The translations under genes were made by a program, and so were the position numbers. Below are positions 48,307-59,051 of a stretch of 64,000 bases of DNA, piece after piece. Position 1 is the first letter of the stretch; every line of letters begins with the position of its first letter. The stretch is taken from NCBI GenBank assembly GCA_016781925.1, contig JADDPH010000051.1, positions 6,749-70,748 on the forward strand, read 5' to 3'. Below the pieces are notes generated by a model. The model was not told the origin of the DNA and ran no database searches. It saw nothing but the letters and a program-made list of their open reading frames with translations. This stretch comes from Sphaerobacteraceae bacterium (GTDB taxonomy: Bacteria > Chloroflexota > Chloroflexia > Thermomicrobiales > UBA6265).

Positions 48307-50279
48307 GGCACTGCTACCTTGCCCACCTCGGCGTGGACGAGCAGCGCGGCGAGGTCGGATGGGGTCACGGCTGCGAGCCGGCTTGCCTGACCGAACGTGT
48401 GCGGTTGATGCCGCGTCAAACCCTCGCGGGCCTCAGCGCGCAGTCCCGGCACGGCGTGGTAGTCGAGTTCGTGGGGCAGCAGCTTGTCCTCCAGGTGCCG
48501 GAGGCGGTCAGCCTCCCGGTTCGCCTTGACGATGAACCCGCCGTACTTCACGTCATTCTCGATCCGACGACACACATAGGGCGGGGGAAGGGACATGTCC
48601 TCGTCCCCAAGGTGCGCGATTGCCGCCGTGAGTCCCGCGACAGTTGTTTCCGGGCGGCGGAGCAGTTCTACGGCATTCATGCTCTGACTCACGGGAGCCA
48701 GACCGGCGGCCGCCAGAGCCGCATCGTGACGGGGAGTCGGCGCGAACCAACGAGTGCTGAACAAGGCAAGAAGTTCTCCCACCGCATCCGTCTCTTGCTC
48801 GACTTCTCCTAGCCGCCATGCGTCAATCAATCCTTCTTCGTGGGCAAGACGGCTCAAACGACTCGCCGCCGTCTCAGGACGCAGAAGGAGACGGTGCTCG
48901 GCACGGGAGGTCAGCATCCGGTAGGGCTCGTCGAATGGCTTTGAGACCAAGTCATCGATCATGACGCCGAGATAGGCCTGATCTCGCCGCAGGACCACGG
49001 AAGCCCGATCTCGGACCCGGTTGGCGGCGTTCAAGCCGGCCAAAATCCCCTGGCCGGCGGCCTCTTCGTACCCGGATGTCCCGTTGACCTGACCAGCGAG
49101 AAAGAGCGACGCGACCCGGCGAGACTCGAGGGATGGCGTCAGCTCGGTGGGATCCACGGCATCGTACTCGACCGCGTAGCCGTAGCGCGTGACGTGGGAT
49201 CGCTCCAGCCCCGGGATTGATCGGATCACGCTCTCTTGGATCTCTGGGGGCAGGCTCGTGCTAAGCCCTTGCACGTAGTACTCCGTCGTGCGCCACCCCT
49301 CCGGCTCAAAGAAGAGCGGATGGGATGATTTGGCGCCGAAACGCGCCACCTTGTCTTCAATGGACGGACAGTAGCGCGGACCGACTCCTTCGATGGATCC
49401 GTTGAACATCGGCGCGCGGTGCAAGTTCGCGCGAATCAGGTTATGGGCGGCGGGATTCGTTTCTCCGCGCCAGCACGGCAGTTGAGGGCGCCAGGGGTTG
49501 AGCGAGGACGCACTCGGGTGGGCGGAGATGGGTGGCAAGGCGAGGAGATCGAGGCGGCCGCGCTCGCCATCACGGCTGAGCCAGCACGGCTCCTCGCTCC
49601 CGGGCTGTGAAGTCAGTGCCGCGAAATCGATTGTTCGACCGTCGATGCGAGGAGGTGTTCCCGTCTTGAACCGCCGAAGGGTAAGGCCAACGCCGGCGAG
49701 CGAACCCGCCAGCTTTGTATCCGCGGTGTCACCCCATCGCCCGCCCGGCTGCCGTTGCTCACCGGAGATCATCGCGCCTCGGAGGAAGGTGCCGGCGGTG
49801 ATGACGATGGCGGTAGCACCAATTGCGCCGGATGCTCGGGTCTCGACTCCCCGCACCCGAACGCGAGTGCCCTGCTGCTCCACGATGAGGGATACAGCTT
49901 CGTCCTGGCGCACGTGGAGGCGTTGCTGAAGCTCGATCGCTTCCTTCATCGCAAGGGAGTACAGGTTTTTGTCCGCTTGGACGCGGACGGCCCGGACAGC
50001 GGGGCCCTTGCTCGTGTTGAGTTCTCGGACCTGGAGGGCCGCTCGGTCAGCAGCGCGAGCCATCTCGCCGCCGAGAGCGTCGATCTCCGCGACTAGGTGG
50101 GACTTGCCTGGTCCTCCGATCGAGGGATTGCACGGCATGAAGCCGATGCGGTCCAGGTTTGGCGTCAACATGAGGGTGGAGCAGCCGGCGCGAGCGGCTG
50201 CTAGGGCCGCCTCACAGCCGGCGTGCCCGCCGCCAATCACGATGACATCGTAGAAGGAACGATCGAGGAGGCTTCCCAT
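48303..50279 (-). CDS. mnmG: tRNA uridine-5-carboxymethylaminomethyl synthesis enzyme MnmG (GidA)
   Basis: It starts MGSLLDRSFYDVIVIGGGHAGCEAALAAARAG and shows GidA family similarity throughout. The ATG is at 50279. The track ORF is over-extended by 173 codons. Confidence 0.93.
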   Translation of the reverse strand: MGSLLDRSFYDVIVIGGGHAGCEAALAAARAGCSTLMLTPNLDRIGFMPCNPSIGGPGKSHLVAEIDALGGEMARAADRAALQVRELNTSKGPAVRAVRVQADKNLYSLAMKEAIELQQRLHVRQDEAVSLIVEQQGTRVRVRGVETRASGAIGATAIVITAGTFLRGAMISGEQRQPGGRWGDTADTKLAGSLAGVGLTLRRFKTGTPPRIDGRTIDFAALTSQPGSEEPCWLSRDGERGRLDLLALPPISAHPSASSLNPWRPQLPCWRGETNPAAHNLIRANLHRAPMFNGSIEGVGPRYCPSIEDKVARFGAKSSHPLFFEPEGWRTTEYYVQGLSTSLPPEIQESVIRSIPGLERSHVTRYGYAVEYDAVDPTELTPSLESRRVASLFLAGQVNGTSGYEEAAGQGILAGLNAANRVRDRASVVLRRDQAYLGVMIDDLVSKPFDEPYRMLTSRAEHRLLLRPETAASRLSRLAHEEGLIDAWRLGEVEQETDAVGELLALFSTRWFAPTPRHDAALAAAGLAPVSQSMNAVELLRRPETTVAGLTAAIAHLGDEDMSLPPPYVCRRIENDVKYGGFIVKANREADRLRHLEDKLLPHELDYHAVPGLRAEAREGLTRHQPHTFGQASRLAAVTPSDLAALLVHAEVGKVAVP

Positions 50280-50424
50280 GCTTGGCCCGAGTATACGGAT
50301 GGCGAGGACGGTCGCACAACTGCGCATGCAGCCTTGTGCGGCATGGGTTTCAAGTTGCCCAGCCCAGCGCCCGGTCGGCTCGTCAGGGTGCCCTCCAGCC
50401 CGCGCGATGGGCTGATCGGGGCCG

Positions 50425-51669
50425 ATGCTCCTGAGGCCCCATCTTCCCGTAGAATTCATCGAGAGGATGATTGGATACGAAAGCGGGGTGATTCTCGTGC
50501 AAAAGACCGAAGCATCGCCTACGAACCTCCAGATCGTGCTCGGCGCGGGGGCAGGCGCGGGGCTCCTCGCGGTCCTGCTCTCAGCCCTGGATCGGGAAAA
50601 GCAGGAACCGGACGGAGGAACCGAGGTGCGGTACGTGGTCGTGGAGGAGCACCAGCCTAAGCGGGGCCGGCAGAACGCTGTGTCATCGGAGGGTCGAGTC
50701 TCGAAGGGTGTAGGACTGACCCGTGCCCTCGCAGGTCGTGCCCTGGATGACGCGACGATGACTCGGACAAAGGCTGAATTAGAGGCCCGAACGTCCAAGG
50801 CGCTCCGGCGAGCAGAGAGAAGTGCTCGGGAAGCCGTGGATCACGGCCAGCGTACAGCACGGTCGGCGAGGAAGCGGATCGGGGAGGTAAGGGTCGACGG
50901 GAGGGGCGAGGTGACTCAACGCGTCAGCCAGACGGCACAGCGCGTCGGCAGCCAAGCCTCGGCGGTGGTCCAGTCGAGCGCGAAGCAGGCAGCGGGGGTC
51001 GCGGAGATGAGCCTGGAACGAGCTCGTGGAGCAGCGTCCCTCCTGAGCGGAACATCGAAGGGTCGGTTGCCCAACGTTTCCCTCCGTATGGGAGCGCAGC
51101 TTGGTCCCGCTGCCCAATCCGTCGTTGGCCAGGTGTCGAGCGCGGCCGGCAGCGGCGCCGGGCGGGCGAAAGAAGCCGGCTCGGCGGTGGCGTCGACGGC
51201 AAGGGAGCGGGTGCCGCAAATCTCGCAGCGACTGACCTCAGATGTGGTGCCGTCTCTTCGGGAGCTCGCCGTCCAGGCGGCCTCGAGCGCCCTGGACCTT
51301 TGGGAGACGACGCGAGAACGAGCAGCGGAGGCTGCTGAGATCGTCCAGACCGATATCCGCCCTCAGGCCGCTCAGGCCGTCGCGGCAAGCGGTGAAAAGG
51401 CGAGGGAGGCCGGCACTGTCGTCACCGGGAAGGCCGGCGAGGTCGGCGGGCGCGCAAAGGCCGCCTCCCGGCAGGCCGCAGACGTGACCGTGGAGACAGG
51501 CAAGGACACTGGCGCGATGCTCTTCTGGGGCGCAGCGGCGGGAGGTTTGATCTACTACGCGCTGCTGGGACCTGAAGAGCGGGAGCAACTCGCCTCGGCC
51601 GTGCAGTCCTTTTCCGGGCAGGTGCGGGAGTTGATCAAGGACTTCCAAGGCTACGACGAGGAGTTCTAG
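50425..51669 (+). CDS. Hypothetical Ala/Ser/Gly/Arg-rich protein with N- and C-terminal hydrophobic segments
   Basis: A long ORF in the correct orientation, divergent from mnmG. Hydrophobic stretches are GAGAGAGLLAVLLSAL and MLFWGAAAGGLIYYALLG. The middle is a repetitive amphipathic A/Q/S/R-rich region. The start codon is uncertain (50425 or 50467). Confidence 0.5.
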   Translation: MLLRPHLPVEFIERMIGYESGVILVQKTEASPTNLQIVLGAGAGAGLLAVLLSALDREKQEPDGGTEVRYVVVEEHQPKRGRQNAVSSEGRVSKGVGLTRALAGRALDDATMTRTKAELEARTSKALRRAERSAREAVDHGQRTARSARKRIGEVRVDGRGEVTQRVSQTAQRVGSQASAVVQSSAKQAAGVAEMSLERARGAASLLSGTSKGRLPNVSLRMGAQLGPAAQSVVGQVSSAAGSGAGRAKEAGSAVASTARERVPQISQRLTSDVVPSLRELAVQAASSALDLWETTRERAAEAAEIVQTDIRPQAAQAVAASGEKAREAGTVVTGKAGEVGGRAKAASRQAADVTVETGKDTGAMLFWGAAAGGLIYYALLGPEEREQLASAVQSFSGQVRELIKDFQGYDEEF

Positions 51670-51848
51670 CGGGACCTGGAGGCGGCGCGGACCGGGCAGA
51701 ACGCAGCCCTGCTCCTTCGACCTTTGGTGTCGCTCCGCTCATCACCTCGACGCTGAAGCTTGGCGCCGCGGCCATGGCTCTGCACCCTACGGTAGGGATG
51801 TTGCCGCTAAGAACTAACGGCAGCTCAATGCGGAGACCCAGTCGGGAA

Positions 51849-51883
51849 GAGAACGAGCCGGGGCGGCCCCCCGGCTCGTTCTC
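51849..51883. terminator. Bidirectional hairpin between convergent genes (hypothetical gene and secA)
   Basis: GAGAACGAGCCGGGG (51849-51863) pairs with CCCCGGCTCGTTCTC (51869-51883) in a 15-bp perfect stem. Short T-containing tails flank both sides. Confidence 0.6.
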
Positions 51884-51912
51884 GTTCTGGCGCCGTTGCT
51901 CAGGCAGGGTTG

Positions 51913-54495
51913 CTAAACAGCGGCGCGAGCGACTGGGGTGCCGTGGCACCGCTTGTACTTCTTGCCGCTGCCGCATGGACAGGGCTCGTTCGCTCCGACC
52001 TTTCGCCGCTGGCGGGGGCCGGTTGCCTCAGCGCCGCGGTTGGTCGTGACCTCCTCGGTCAACCGGGTGCGGACCGGCTGCTGGGCGACGACGGGCTGCA
52101 CGCGGTAGATGGTGTGGACAACATCGTGCTGGATGTGCTCCGTGAGGAGCCCGAACATCCGGTAGCCCTCTGTCTTGTAGACCACCAACGGATCGCGCTG
52201 ACCATACGCCTGAAGGCCGACGCCCTCTCGCAGCTCGTCCATTGCAGTAAGGTGCTCGACCCAGAGCCGGTCGATGACGGCAAGGAGGATGTGCCGCTCC
52301 ACCGTCCGCATCGTGTCCGAACCGAAGCGGGCCTCCACATCGGCGTAGGCCTGTTCCGCATCCTCAATCAGGAGCTCAGCGACCTCCTCACGAGGCAATC
52401 CCTCAATCGCCTCAAGGTCCACGTTCCCGTTTGGAATCAGGGCGTGATACGCCCTCAGGAGCGCCTCCTCGTCCGGCTCCCCTACTTTCGGATTGAGCGG
52501 GATGTGCTGATCGACGAGCCCATCAATCTCGGCGCCGATCATCCCCAGGACTTTCTCGTTCATGTCCTGCCCGGCGACGATCTCGCGCCGATCAGCGTAG
52601 ATGACCTCGCGGTGCTTGTTCATCACGTCGTCGTACTGGACCACGTGTTTGCGAACGTCGAAGTTGTGCCCCTCGACCTTGGTCTGGGCGCTCTCGATCG
52701 ATTTGGAGATGATCCGGTGCTCGATGGGCACGTCCTCTTCCATCCCCAGGCGTTCCATCAGACCGGTGATGCGCTCGGAGCCGAAACGGCGCATCAAATC
52801 ATCTTCGAGCGAGACGTAGAAGCGGGATGACCCCGGGTCTCCCTGGCGCCCCGCTCGTCCCCGGAGCTGGTTGTCGATCCGCCGCGCTTCATGACGCTCG
52901 GTGCCGACGATGTGGAGCCCCCCTGCCTCCTTGACGCCGGGGCCGAGAACGATATCTGTGCCCCGGCCGGCCATGTTGGTCGCGATGGTGACGTGGCCCG
53001 GTTGCCCCGCCTCGGCGACGATGGCCGCCTCTCGCTCGTGCTGCTTGGCATTGAGCACATCGTGCGGAATGCCCTTACGCTGGAGCAGGTCGCTGAGGCG
53101 CTCGGAGGTATCCACGGAGGTCGTGCCAACAAGCACGGGGCGACCGGCCGCCTGCATCTCCTGGATCTCGTCGACCACGGCGTTGAACTTGCCGCGTTCG
53201 TTCTTGAAGACGAGGTCACCGAAATCCTGCCGGATCATGGCCCGGTGGGTTGGGATGGAGACGACCTCGAGGTTGTAGATCCGCGTGAACTCCTCTGCCT
53301 CGGTCTTGGCCGTACCCGTCATTCCCGCAAGTTTCTCGTACATCCGGAAGTAGTTCTGGTACGTGATGGTGGCCATCGTGACGTTCTGGCGGCGCACCCG
53401 AACGCCTTCTTTGGCCTCAATCGCCTGGTGCAATCCTTCGCTGTAGCGGCGACCATGCATCATCCGTCCCGTGAACTCGTCGACGATGATGACCTCGTCG
53501 TCGCGGACGATGTAGTCCTTATCAAGGTGGAAGACGGCGTGGGCCTTGAGCGCTTGCTCAAGGTGGTGGGTGAGCTCGACGTGGCGCTCGTCGTAGATGC
53601 TTTCGCCCTCAGGGATTCCGGCGAGTTGCTCGACCCGGTCAATACCTTCTTCGGTCAGGGTGGCGGACTTGTGCTTGAGGTCGACCTCGTAATGGCGCCC
53701 TTCCCGGAGCTGCTTGACGATCTGAGCGAACTGGTAGAAGCGGTCCGTCGCCTGCTCTGCTTGGCCGGAGATGATGAGCGGAGTCCGCGCCTCGTCAATG
53801 AGAATGTTGTCGACCTCATCGACGATGGCGTAGACCAGCCCGCGCTGCACGCACTGGTCGATGGAGACAACCATGTTGTCGCGCAGATAGTCGAAGCCGA
53901 ATTCACTGTTGGTGCCGTAGGTGATATCCGCGGCGTAGGCCTCTTGCCTGGACACCGGACGCAGGCGCTCCAAACGGGGATCGGGGGATTCCCACTCTGG
54001 GTCGAAGAGGAACGCCTCGTCGTGCTGGATGCAGCCGGTCGTGAGGCCAAGCGCGTGGTAAATGCGGCCCATCCACTGGGTGTCCCGCTTGGCAAGGTAG
54101 TCGTTGACGGTGATCAGGTGGCAGCCGCGCCCACTAAGCGCATTCAAGGTGACGGCGAGCGTGGCGGTGAGGGTCTTGCCTTCGCCGGTCTTCATCTCGG
54201 CGATCTTGCCTTGGTGGAGGACGACACCGCCGATCAATTGGACATCGTAGTGGCGCTGGCCGGTGACGCGCTTGGCGACTTCTCTTGTGGCGGCGAAGAC
54301 TTCGGGCAACAGGTCGTCGGTCGTTTCACCGGCTTCCAAGCGCCCTCGGAACTCCGAGCCGAGTGACCGCAACTCATCATCGTCCAGCGCCTCCATCTCC
54401 GGCTCGAGGAGATTGATATCCTCGACAATGGGCAGGATGCGCTTGACCGCTTTCTCGTCGGTTTCACCGAAGACCTTGTTTAGGAGAGCGCGCAT
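51913..54495 (-). CDS. secA: Preprotein translocase ATPase SecA
   Basis: It has the DEAD-like motor ([28 protein letters not shown]) and the C-terminal zinc motif [14 protein letters not shown]. Confidence 0.95.
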   Translation of the reverse strand: MRALLNKVFGETDEKAVKRILPIVEDINLLEPEMEALDDDELRSLGSEFRGRLEAGETTDDLLPEVFAATREVAKRVTGQRHYDVQLIGGVVLHQGKIAEMKTGEGKTLTATLAVTLNALSGRGCHLITVNDYLAKRDTQWMGRIYHALGLTTGCIQHDEAFLFDPEWESPDPRLERLRPVSRQEAYAADITYGTNSEFGFDYLRDNMVVSIDQCVQRGLVYAIVDEVDNILIDEARTPLIISGQAEQATDRFYQFAQIVKQLREGRHYEVDLKHKSATLTEEGIDRVEQLAGIPEGESIYDERHVELTHHLEQALKAHAVFHLDKDYIVRDDEVIIVDEFTGRMMHGRRYSEGLHQAIEAKEGVRVRRQNVTMATITYQNYFRMYEKLAGMTGTAKTEAEEFTRIYNLEVVSIPTHRAMIRQDFGDLVFKNERGKFNAVVDEIQEMQAAGRPVLVGTTSVDTSERLSDLLQRKGIPHDVLNAKQHEREAAIVAEAGQPGHVTIATNMAGRGTDIVLGPGVKEAGGLHIVGTERHEARRIDNQLRGRAGRQGDPGSSRFYVSLEDDLMRRFGSERITGLMERLGMEEDVPIEHRIISKSIESAQTKVEGHNFDVRKHVVQYDDVMNKHREVIYADRREIVAGQDMNEKVLGMIGAEIDGLVDQHIPLNPKVGEPDEEALLRAYHALIPNGNVDLEAIEGLPREEVAELLIEDAEQAYADVEARFGSDTMRTVERHILLAVIDRLWVEHLTAMDELREGVGLQAYGQRDPLVVYKTEGYRMFGLLTEHIQHDVVHTIYRVQPVVAQQPVRTRLTEEVTTNRGAEATGPRQRRKVGANEPCPCGSGKKYKRCHGTPVARAAV

Positions 54496-54642
54496 GGACG
54501 TGGATCCCTCGTGGGTGTTGCCTCGGGACGCCGCGCAGAGAGGGCGCGGGTCAGGGCACGCAATGATAAACGTTGGCTCTGAGTATACCCTTTACCAGTT
54601 TGCACACCGGCGAACTTCAGTTGATCCACCATCGAGGGTGCG

Positions 54643-56424
54643 ATGCTTGCGAGGAAGCATCCAATGCTCGGCCGGTATGCTCAACCGATGATGGCCAAAG
54701 AAAGGGACGGCGGATTGACCCTGGATGATGCGGCTCCGGACTTTTCGCGTTACCCCACCTACGATCAGCTGACGGCAATGCTGCACGACTGGGAGGCTGC
54801 CTACCCCCACCTCCTCTCGGTGGAGTCGCTTGGAACGAGCCCCGAGGGCCGGGACCTTTGGTCCGCGACGGTGACCGATATGACCGTCGGTTCGTCGGAT
54901 GACAAACCGGCTATCTACATCGACGGCAACATCCACGCCGGAGAAGTGCTGCCCTCCGTCGTCTGTCTCTACACGATCTGGGACCTCATTTCTCGCTTCA
55001 GCCAGGATCAGGAGGTGACCGACCTCCTTCACACTCGTACCTTCTACATCCGTCCCCGCGTCGCCCCAGACGGCGCGGAGCGGTATCTCACAAGCCCCGA
55101 CCGTCTCCGGAGCGCCGCCCGGCTATGGCCACGCGAGCAGCCCGCGCCGGGCCTACACGCGGCCGATGTGGACGGCGATGGCCATATCCTGCAAATGCGG
55201 ATCCTCGACCCAGCGGGGGAATGGCGGGTCTCGGATCTGGACGACCGGCTCATGGTCCGGCGAGGGTTGGATGATGAGGCGGGCACCCGCTACCGGCTGC
55301 TCCCTGAGGGGACGGTCCACGGACCTTTAAACGGCGATTTGCAACCCGCCGCGCCGCGGTGGGGCCTTGACTTCAACCGCTCGTTTCCGCACAACTGGCA
55401 GCCTGAGTACCGGCAGGGCGGCGCCGGACCGTACCCACTCTTCCCCCCCGAAACCCGGGCAACCGCCGACTTCTTTCTCGCTCACCCCAACATCGGAGCC
55501 GCGGTGGCCTATCACACCTTCGGTGGGTTCGTCTTTCACCTCCCGTCCAGCACGCCGGCCAGCACCTACAACCATGATGACCTGCCAGGACCGTATCAGG
55601 AGCTTACCGACGCCTTCACACGCGTGACAGGACGTCCTGGGTTCCAGAGCTACGACGAGGCGACGGATACGGCGAGGTCCGGCTCATTTATGGACTGGGC
55701 CTATAGCCAGCGGGGGGTCTATACCTGGGTGCCGGAGTTGTGGGACGCGGCGGACGCGGCCGGGGTGCACCGGGATCCGGAAGACCTGGTCGGGCCGCTG
55801 GACGAGGCAGGCGAGGCGGCGCTGCTGCGATGGAACGACGAGCACCTCGGTGGTCAGGGCTTCATGGATTGGCAGCCCTTTGACCACCCGCAGTTCGGCC
55901 CGGTGGAAATCGGTGGTTGGACGTACAAGTTCACCCACCAAAATTGCCCCGGCAGCTACATTCCCGCGCTGGCCCGGCCGCATGTCGACTGGACGTACCT
56001 CCTCGCACGCGCGCTGCCGCAACTGGCGATTGAACGGACGACTGTGACGAACCTGGGTGGTGAACTTTGGGCGCTTGAAGTGCAGGCGGTCAACGAGGGA
56101 TATCTCCCCACCAACGGCTCTCAACAGGCGATTGACGTCGGGTTAGCAGACCCGGTCACTGTCACCGTGGAGGGTGCGGGAGTAGAGGCCGTGGACGGGG
56201 AGCTGTCCCGGAACCTCGGTCATTTGGAGGGGTACGGGGGCAAGGCAGACCCACCCTGGCGCGGGCCTGTCCCGGCTCGACGGTCCGCCATGGCTCGCTT
56301 GGTGCTGCGAGTCCCAGCCGCGACGGACAAGCTACGGGTGCGGGTGGCAAGCTCCAAGGCGGGTGCCGTCAGCCGGATCGTCGATTTGACCACAGACGCC
56401 GACGACGATGCCGGCCTCTCCTGA
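54643..56424 (+). CDS. M14-family zinc carboxypeptidase with a C-terminal extension
   Basis: It has YPTYDQLTAMLHDWEAAYPHLL and the zinc ligands in IDGNIHAGEV. The start is uncertain within the first 17 codons. Confidence 0.8.
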   Translation: MLARKHPMLGRYAQPMMAKERDGGLTLDDAAPDFSRYPTYDQLTAMLHDWEAAYPHLLSVESLGTSPEGRDLWSATVTDMTVGSSDDKPAIYIDGNIHAGEVLPSVVCLYTIWDLISRFSQDQEVTDLLHTRTFYIRPRVAPDGAERYLTSPDRLRSAARLWPREQPAPGLHAADVDGDGHILQMRILDPAGEWRVSDLDDRLMVRRGLDDEAGTRYRLLPEGTVHGPLNGDLQPAAPRWGLDFNRSFPHNWQPEYRQGGAGPYPLFPPETRATADFFLAHPNIGAAVAYHTFGGFVFHLPSSTPASTYNHDDLPGPYQELTDAFTRVTGRPGFQSYDEATDTARSGSFMDWAYSQRGVYTWVPELWDAADAAGVHRDPEDLVGPLDEAGEAALLRWNDEHLGGQGFMDWQPFDHPQFGPVEIGGWTYKFTHQNCPGSYIPALARPHVDWTYLLARALPQLAIERTTVTNLGGELWALEVQAVNEGYLPTNGSQQAIDVGLADPVTVTVEGAGVEAVDGELSRNLGHLEGYGGKADPPWRGPVPARRSAMARLVLRVPAATDKLRVRVASSKAGAVSRIVDLTTDADDDAGLS

Positions 56425-56788
56425 ATTCACGGCAAGGGTCTACCACATCGTCGCTCAGATCCCACGCGGCCGGGTGACGACCTACGGCCGGATCGCGAGG
56501 GCCATCGGCGATGTTCGCGGCGCAAGGATGGTGGGCTGGGCCTTGATGAAGGCTCCGGCCGAATTGCCGTGCCAGCGCGTCGTCAATCGCAACGGTGAGC
56601 TCACCGGAGGCTGGCACTTCGGTCATCCGGACGTGATGCGGAACCTGCTGCTTGCCGAAGGGATTCCATTCGACGGGGAGTACCAAGTCGACCTAAGCTG
56701 GTGCGTGTGGGATCCCTGGAACGATGCCCTAGCCTCCGCCAACGAAGTGGACGATTTCGAGGCGGTCATTGGCATGGAGCGTCGTTGA
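56408..56788 (+). CDS. MGMT-family (O6-alkylguanine transferase DNA-binding domain) protein with a PCQR variant site
   Basis: The sequence is VYHIVAQIPRGRVTTYGRIARAIG...LPCQRVVNRNGEL. Its start overlaps the carboxypeptidase gene by 17 nt, and its 3' end overlaps the convergent ThiS-coding end by 60 nt. Confidence 0.75.
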   Translation: MPASPEFTARVYHIVAQIPRGRVTTYGRIARAIGDVRGARMVGWALMKAPAELPCQRVVNRNGELTGGWHFGHPDVMRNLLLAEGIPFDGEYQVDLSWCVWDPWNDALASANEVDDFEAVIGMERR

Positions 56789-57586
56789 GGCGAAGGCGTC
56801 ACGGGAGATAATTACGCCGTTCCGTTCGACGACGACGAGACGATCCTGGAACCCTTTCGAGGCGAGGAAGTGCGCCACGGTCGTCCCCTCGGAAACCGCT
56901 GCCTCCTTGCCGTTGACCAGGATGGGAGTAGGTTCCGGCTGATTCATCGGCGTGGCTGCGCTCCTTTCAATGATGTTTCGCAACACCTCCGCCGCGGAGG
57001 AGGGACAGCCGGCGGTGGCGATGGCGGAGATCACGGCCACTCCGTACGCGCCGGCCTCCAGAACCTGTACGGCGTTGCCGGCGTGGATGCCGCCAATGGC
57101 GAGAACGGGCGCCGGAGCTACCCTGACGATTTGCCGGAGATAGTCGAGCCCTACGCCGGCTCGCCCGGGCTTGCTTCCTGTCTTGAAGATGTTGCCGGCG
57201 AGGACGTAGTCGGCACCGATACTCTTCATGGCCTCTGCCGGCGAGTGGACGGAGCGGCCAATCGGCACGGCGGGTCCTACCACTGCCCGTGCTTCGGCCA
57301 CCGGTGGACCCTGTTCCGGCAGATGAACTCCGGTGCCGAGACGCGCGGCGAGCTGGATATCACCGTTGACAAGCAGCGGAACACGGTCTGGGAGAACGTT
57401 GAGGAGGTGAGCCGCCAGGACTTCCAGTGCCGCGGGAGCGAGGTCCTTCTCCCGTAGTTGCACCCCGTCGACTCCCCCGGTCACCGCCTGCTGGACGAGC
57501 GCGGCGAGCGGGCCGTGGGTCACGCGTCGGTCAGTGACGAGCATGAGGCGGGGGACTCGCCGTGATGGTGCCGCATCTGTCACCAC
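56729..57586 (-). CDS. ThiE/TenI-family domain fused to a C-terminal ThiS sulfur-carrier domain
   Basis: The N-terminal ~210 aa are ThiE/TenI-like (LMLVTDRR...VQLREKDL...GRSVHS...YVLAGNIFKTGSKPG...LAIGGI). The C-terminal 66 aa are ILVNGKEAAVSEGTTVAHFLASKGF...ERNGVIISRDAFASTTLHANDRLEIVHFVGGG, ending in GG. The start is GTG at 57586, or ATG at 57544. Confidence 0.8.
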   Translation of the reverse strand: MVTDAAPSRRVPRLMLVTDRRVTHGPLAALVQQAVTGGVDGVQLREKDLAPAALEVLAAHLLNVLPDRVPLLVNGDIQLAARLGTGVHLPEQGPPVAEARAVVGPAVPIGRSVHSPAEAMKSIGADYVLAGNIFKTGSKPGRAGVGLDYLRQIVRVAPAPVLAIGGIHAGNAVQVLEAGAYGVAVISAIATAGCPSSAAEVLRNIIERSAATPMNQPEPTPILVNGKEAAVSEGTTVAHFLASKGFQDRLVVVERNGVIISRDAFASTTLHANDRLEIVHFVGGG

Positions 57587-58239
57587 CGCTGCGCCTCGGC
57601 GCTCGACACCGTCTCCACGAGAGTCCGGGCGGCGTTCCGCGGGTCGTCCGTCCGGAGGATGGCGCCTACCACGGCGACCCCCACGGCACCAGCCCCGATC
57701 ACCGACGCGGCGTTTCGGGTTTCAATGCCCCCAATGCCAATGACCGGAATCGTCGTCTTCGCGGCACGGCGGCGAAGGGTCTCCAGCCCGATCGCCTCGC
57801 CAGCATCCGGTTTGGATGCAGTTCCAAAAACTGGTCCCACACCGAGATAGTCGACACCCTCGGAAGCAGCAATGGCGGCCTGCTCGTCGGTCTCAGGCGA
57901 GTATCCGATGATGAGATCGGGTCTACCCGCCTGTTGGCCGACTCGCCGGGCGTCAGCAACGGGCAGATCGTCGACACCGAGGTGAACGCCGTCCGCACCG
58001 CAGGCGAGCGCGATGTCCAGACGGTCGTTGACGACGAACAACGTCTTGTAGGCGCGGCACATCTCGCGGATATTCCTTGCAAGTGTGAGCATCGCGCGGT
58101 CGGTGAGGTGCTTGGCGCGGAGTTGGACGGCCGTGCAACCGCCGTCCAGGGCCTGATGCACCGCGAGAGGAAGATCGACGCGCGCCAGGTCCGGGTCCGC
58201 GACCAGGTAGACGGCGAGGCGGGGGGCAAGAGAGGACAA
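57580..58239 (-). CDS. thiE: Thiamine-phosphate synthase
   Basis: The sequence includes LAVYLVADPDL...AVQLRAKHL...FVVNDRLDIALACGADGVHLG...GYSPET...DYLGVGPVFGTASKPDAG...VIGIGGI. A TTG start at 58239 is inferred. The long track ORF 57580..58851 runs out of frame through thiG. Confidence 0.8.
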   Translation of the reverse strand: MSSLAPRLAVYLVADPDLARVDLPLAVHQALDGGCTAVQLRAKHLTDRAMLTLARNIREMCRAYKTLFVVNDRLDIALACGADGVHLGVDDLPVADARRVGQQAGRPDLIIGYSPETDEQAAIAASEGVDYLGVGPVFGTASKPDAGEAIGLETLRRRAAKTTIPVIGIGGIETRNAASVIGAGAVGVAVVGAILRTDDPRNAARTLVETVSSAEAQRW

Positions 58240-58256
58240 ACCCGGCCTGCCTCGGG

Positions 58257-59051
58257 TTAGGCCGACGCGCCCACGACCCCCGCCAGCGGACTGCTGGCGG
58301 TTGCATATGCCTTCCGGGGGATGCGCCCGGCCAGAAAGGCTTTGCGGCCACCGCGAACGCCGTCGGCGATCGCCTCCGCCATCAACGCGGGGTTGTCCGC
58401 CAAGGCAACCGCGGTGTTGACGAGGCACGCGTCGGCCCCGACCTCCATAGCCTGGGCCGCATCGGAGGGAACGCCGATGCCCGCGTCCACGACCACCGGA
58501 ACCTGCGCCTGGGCGACGATGATCTTGATCGCTTCGATGTTGACCAGACCCTGTCCTGAGCCGATCGGCGACCCGAGTGGCATTACGGTCGCCGTGCCTA
58601 GCTCCTCCAACCGGCGGGCCAAGACTGGGTCCGCGCCGATGTAGGGTAGGACCACGAAGCCTTCCTGGACGAGCGTGCGGCAGGCCTCGAAGGTGCCGAT
58701 TGGGTCCGGAAGCAGGTAAGTGGGATCGGGGATGACTTCCACCTTCACCCAGTCGGATAGGCCCATGGCGCGCGCCATCCGGGCGATGCGGACCGCCTCC
58801 TCGGCAGTCTGGCAACCGGCGGTGTTGGGAAGAATGGTGTACCGGCTCCAATCGACATCTTCGAGCACCGAGCGGCTCTTAGGGTCGTCGAAGTCGATGC
58901 GACGCAGCGCGACGGTAATGATCTCGGTGCCAGACGCGGCGAAGGCGGCTTTCATCTCCTCGCTGTCCCGGTACTTGCCGGTGCCGAGCATGAGACGGCT
59001 GCTGAACGTCTTGCCGGCGATGGTGAGCGGGGTGTCACGCAGGACGGCCAT
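58257..59051 (-). CDS. thiG: Thiazole synthase
   Basis: The sequence is [19 protein letters not shown]...ILPNTAGC...[13 protein letters not shown]...VVVDAGIG. Its ATG directly abuts the thiD stop. Confidence 0.93.
   Translation of the reverse strand: MAVLRDTPLTIAGKTFSSRLMLGTGKYRDSEEMKAAFAASGTEIITVALRRIDFDDPKSRSVLEDVDWSRYTILPNTAGCQTAEEAVRIARMARAMGLSDWVKVEVIPDPTYLLPDPIGTFEACRTLVQEGFVVLPYIGADPVLARRLEELGTATVMPLGSPIGSGQGLVNIEAIKIIVAQAQVPVVVDAGIGVPSDAAQAMEVGADACLVNTAVALADNPALMAEAIADGVRGGRKAFLAGRIPRKAYATASSPLAGVVGASA

Noticed and set aside
48303-50798. N-terminal extensions of track ORFs (mnmG +173 codons, metG +92, ALDH +102, valS +40, thrC +127, uvrA +19, nifS-like +64, thiE ORF 57580-58851)
   Set aside because: Homology starts at internal Met/Val codons that have SD sequences. 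The extensions are low-complexity and often overlap the upstream gene or leader RNA.
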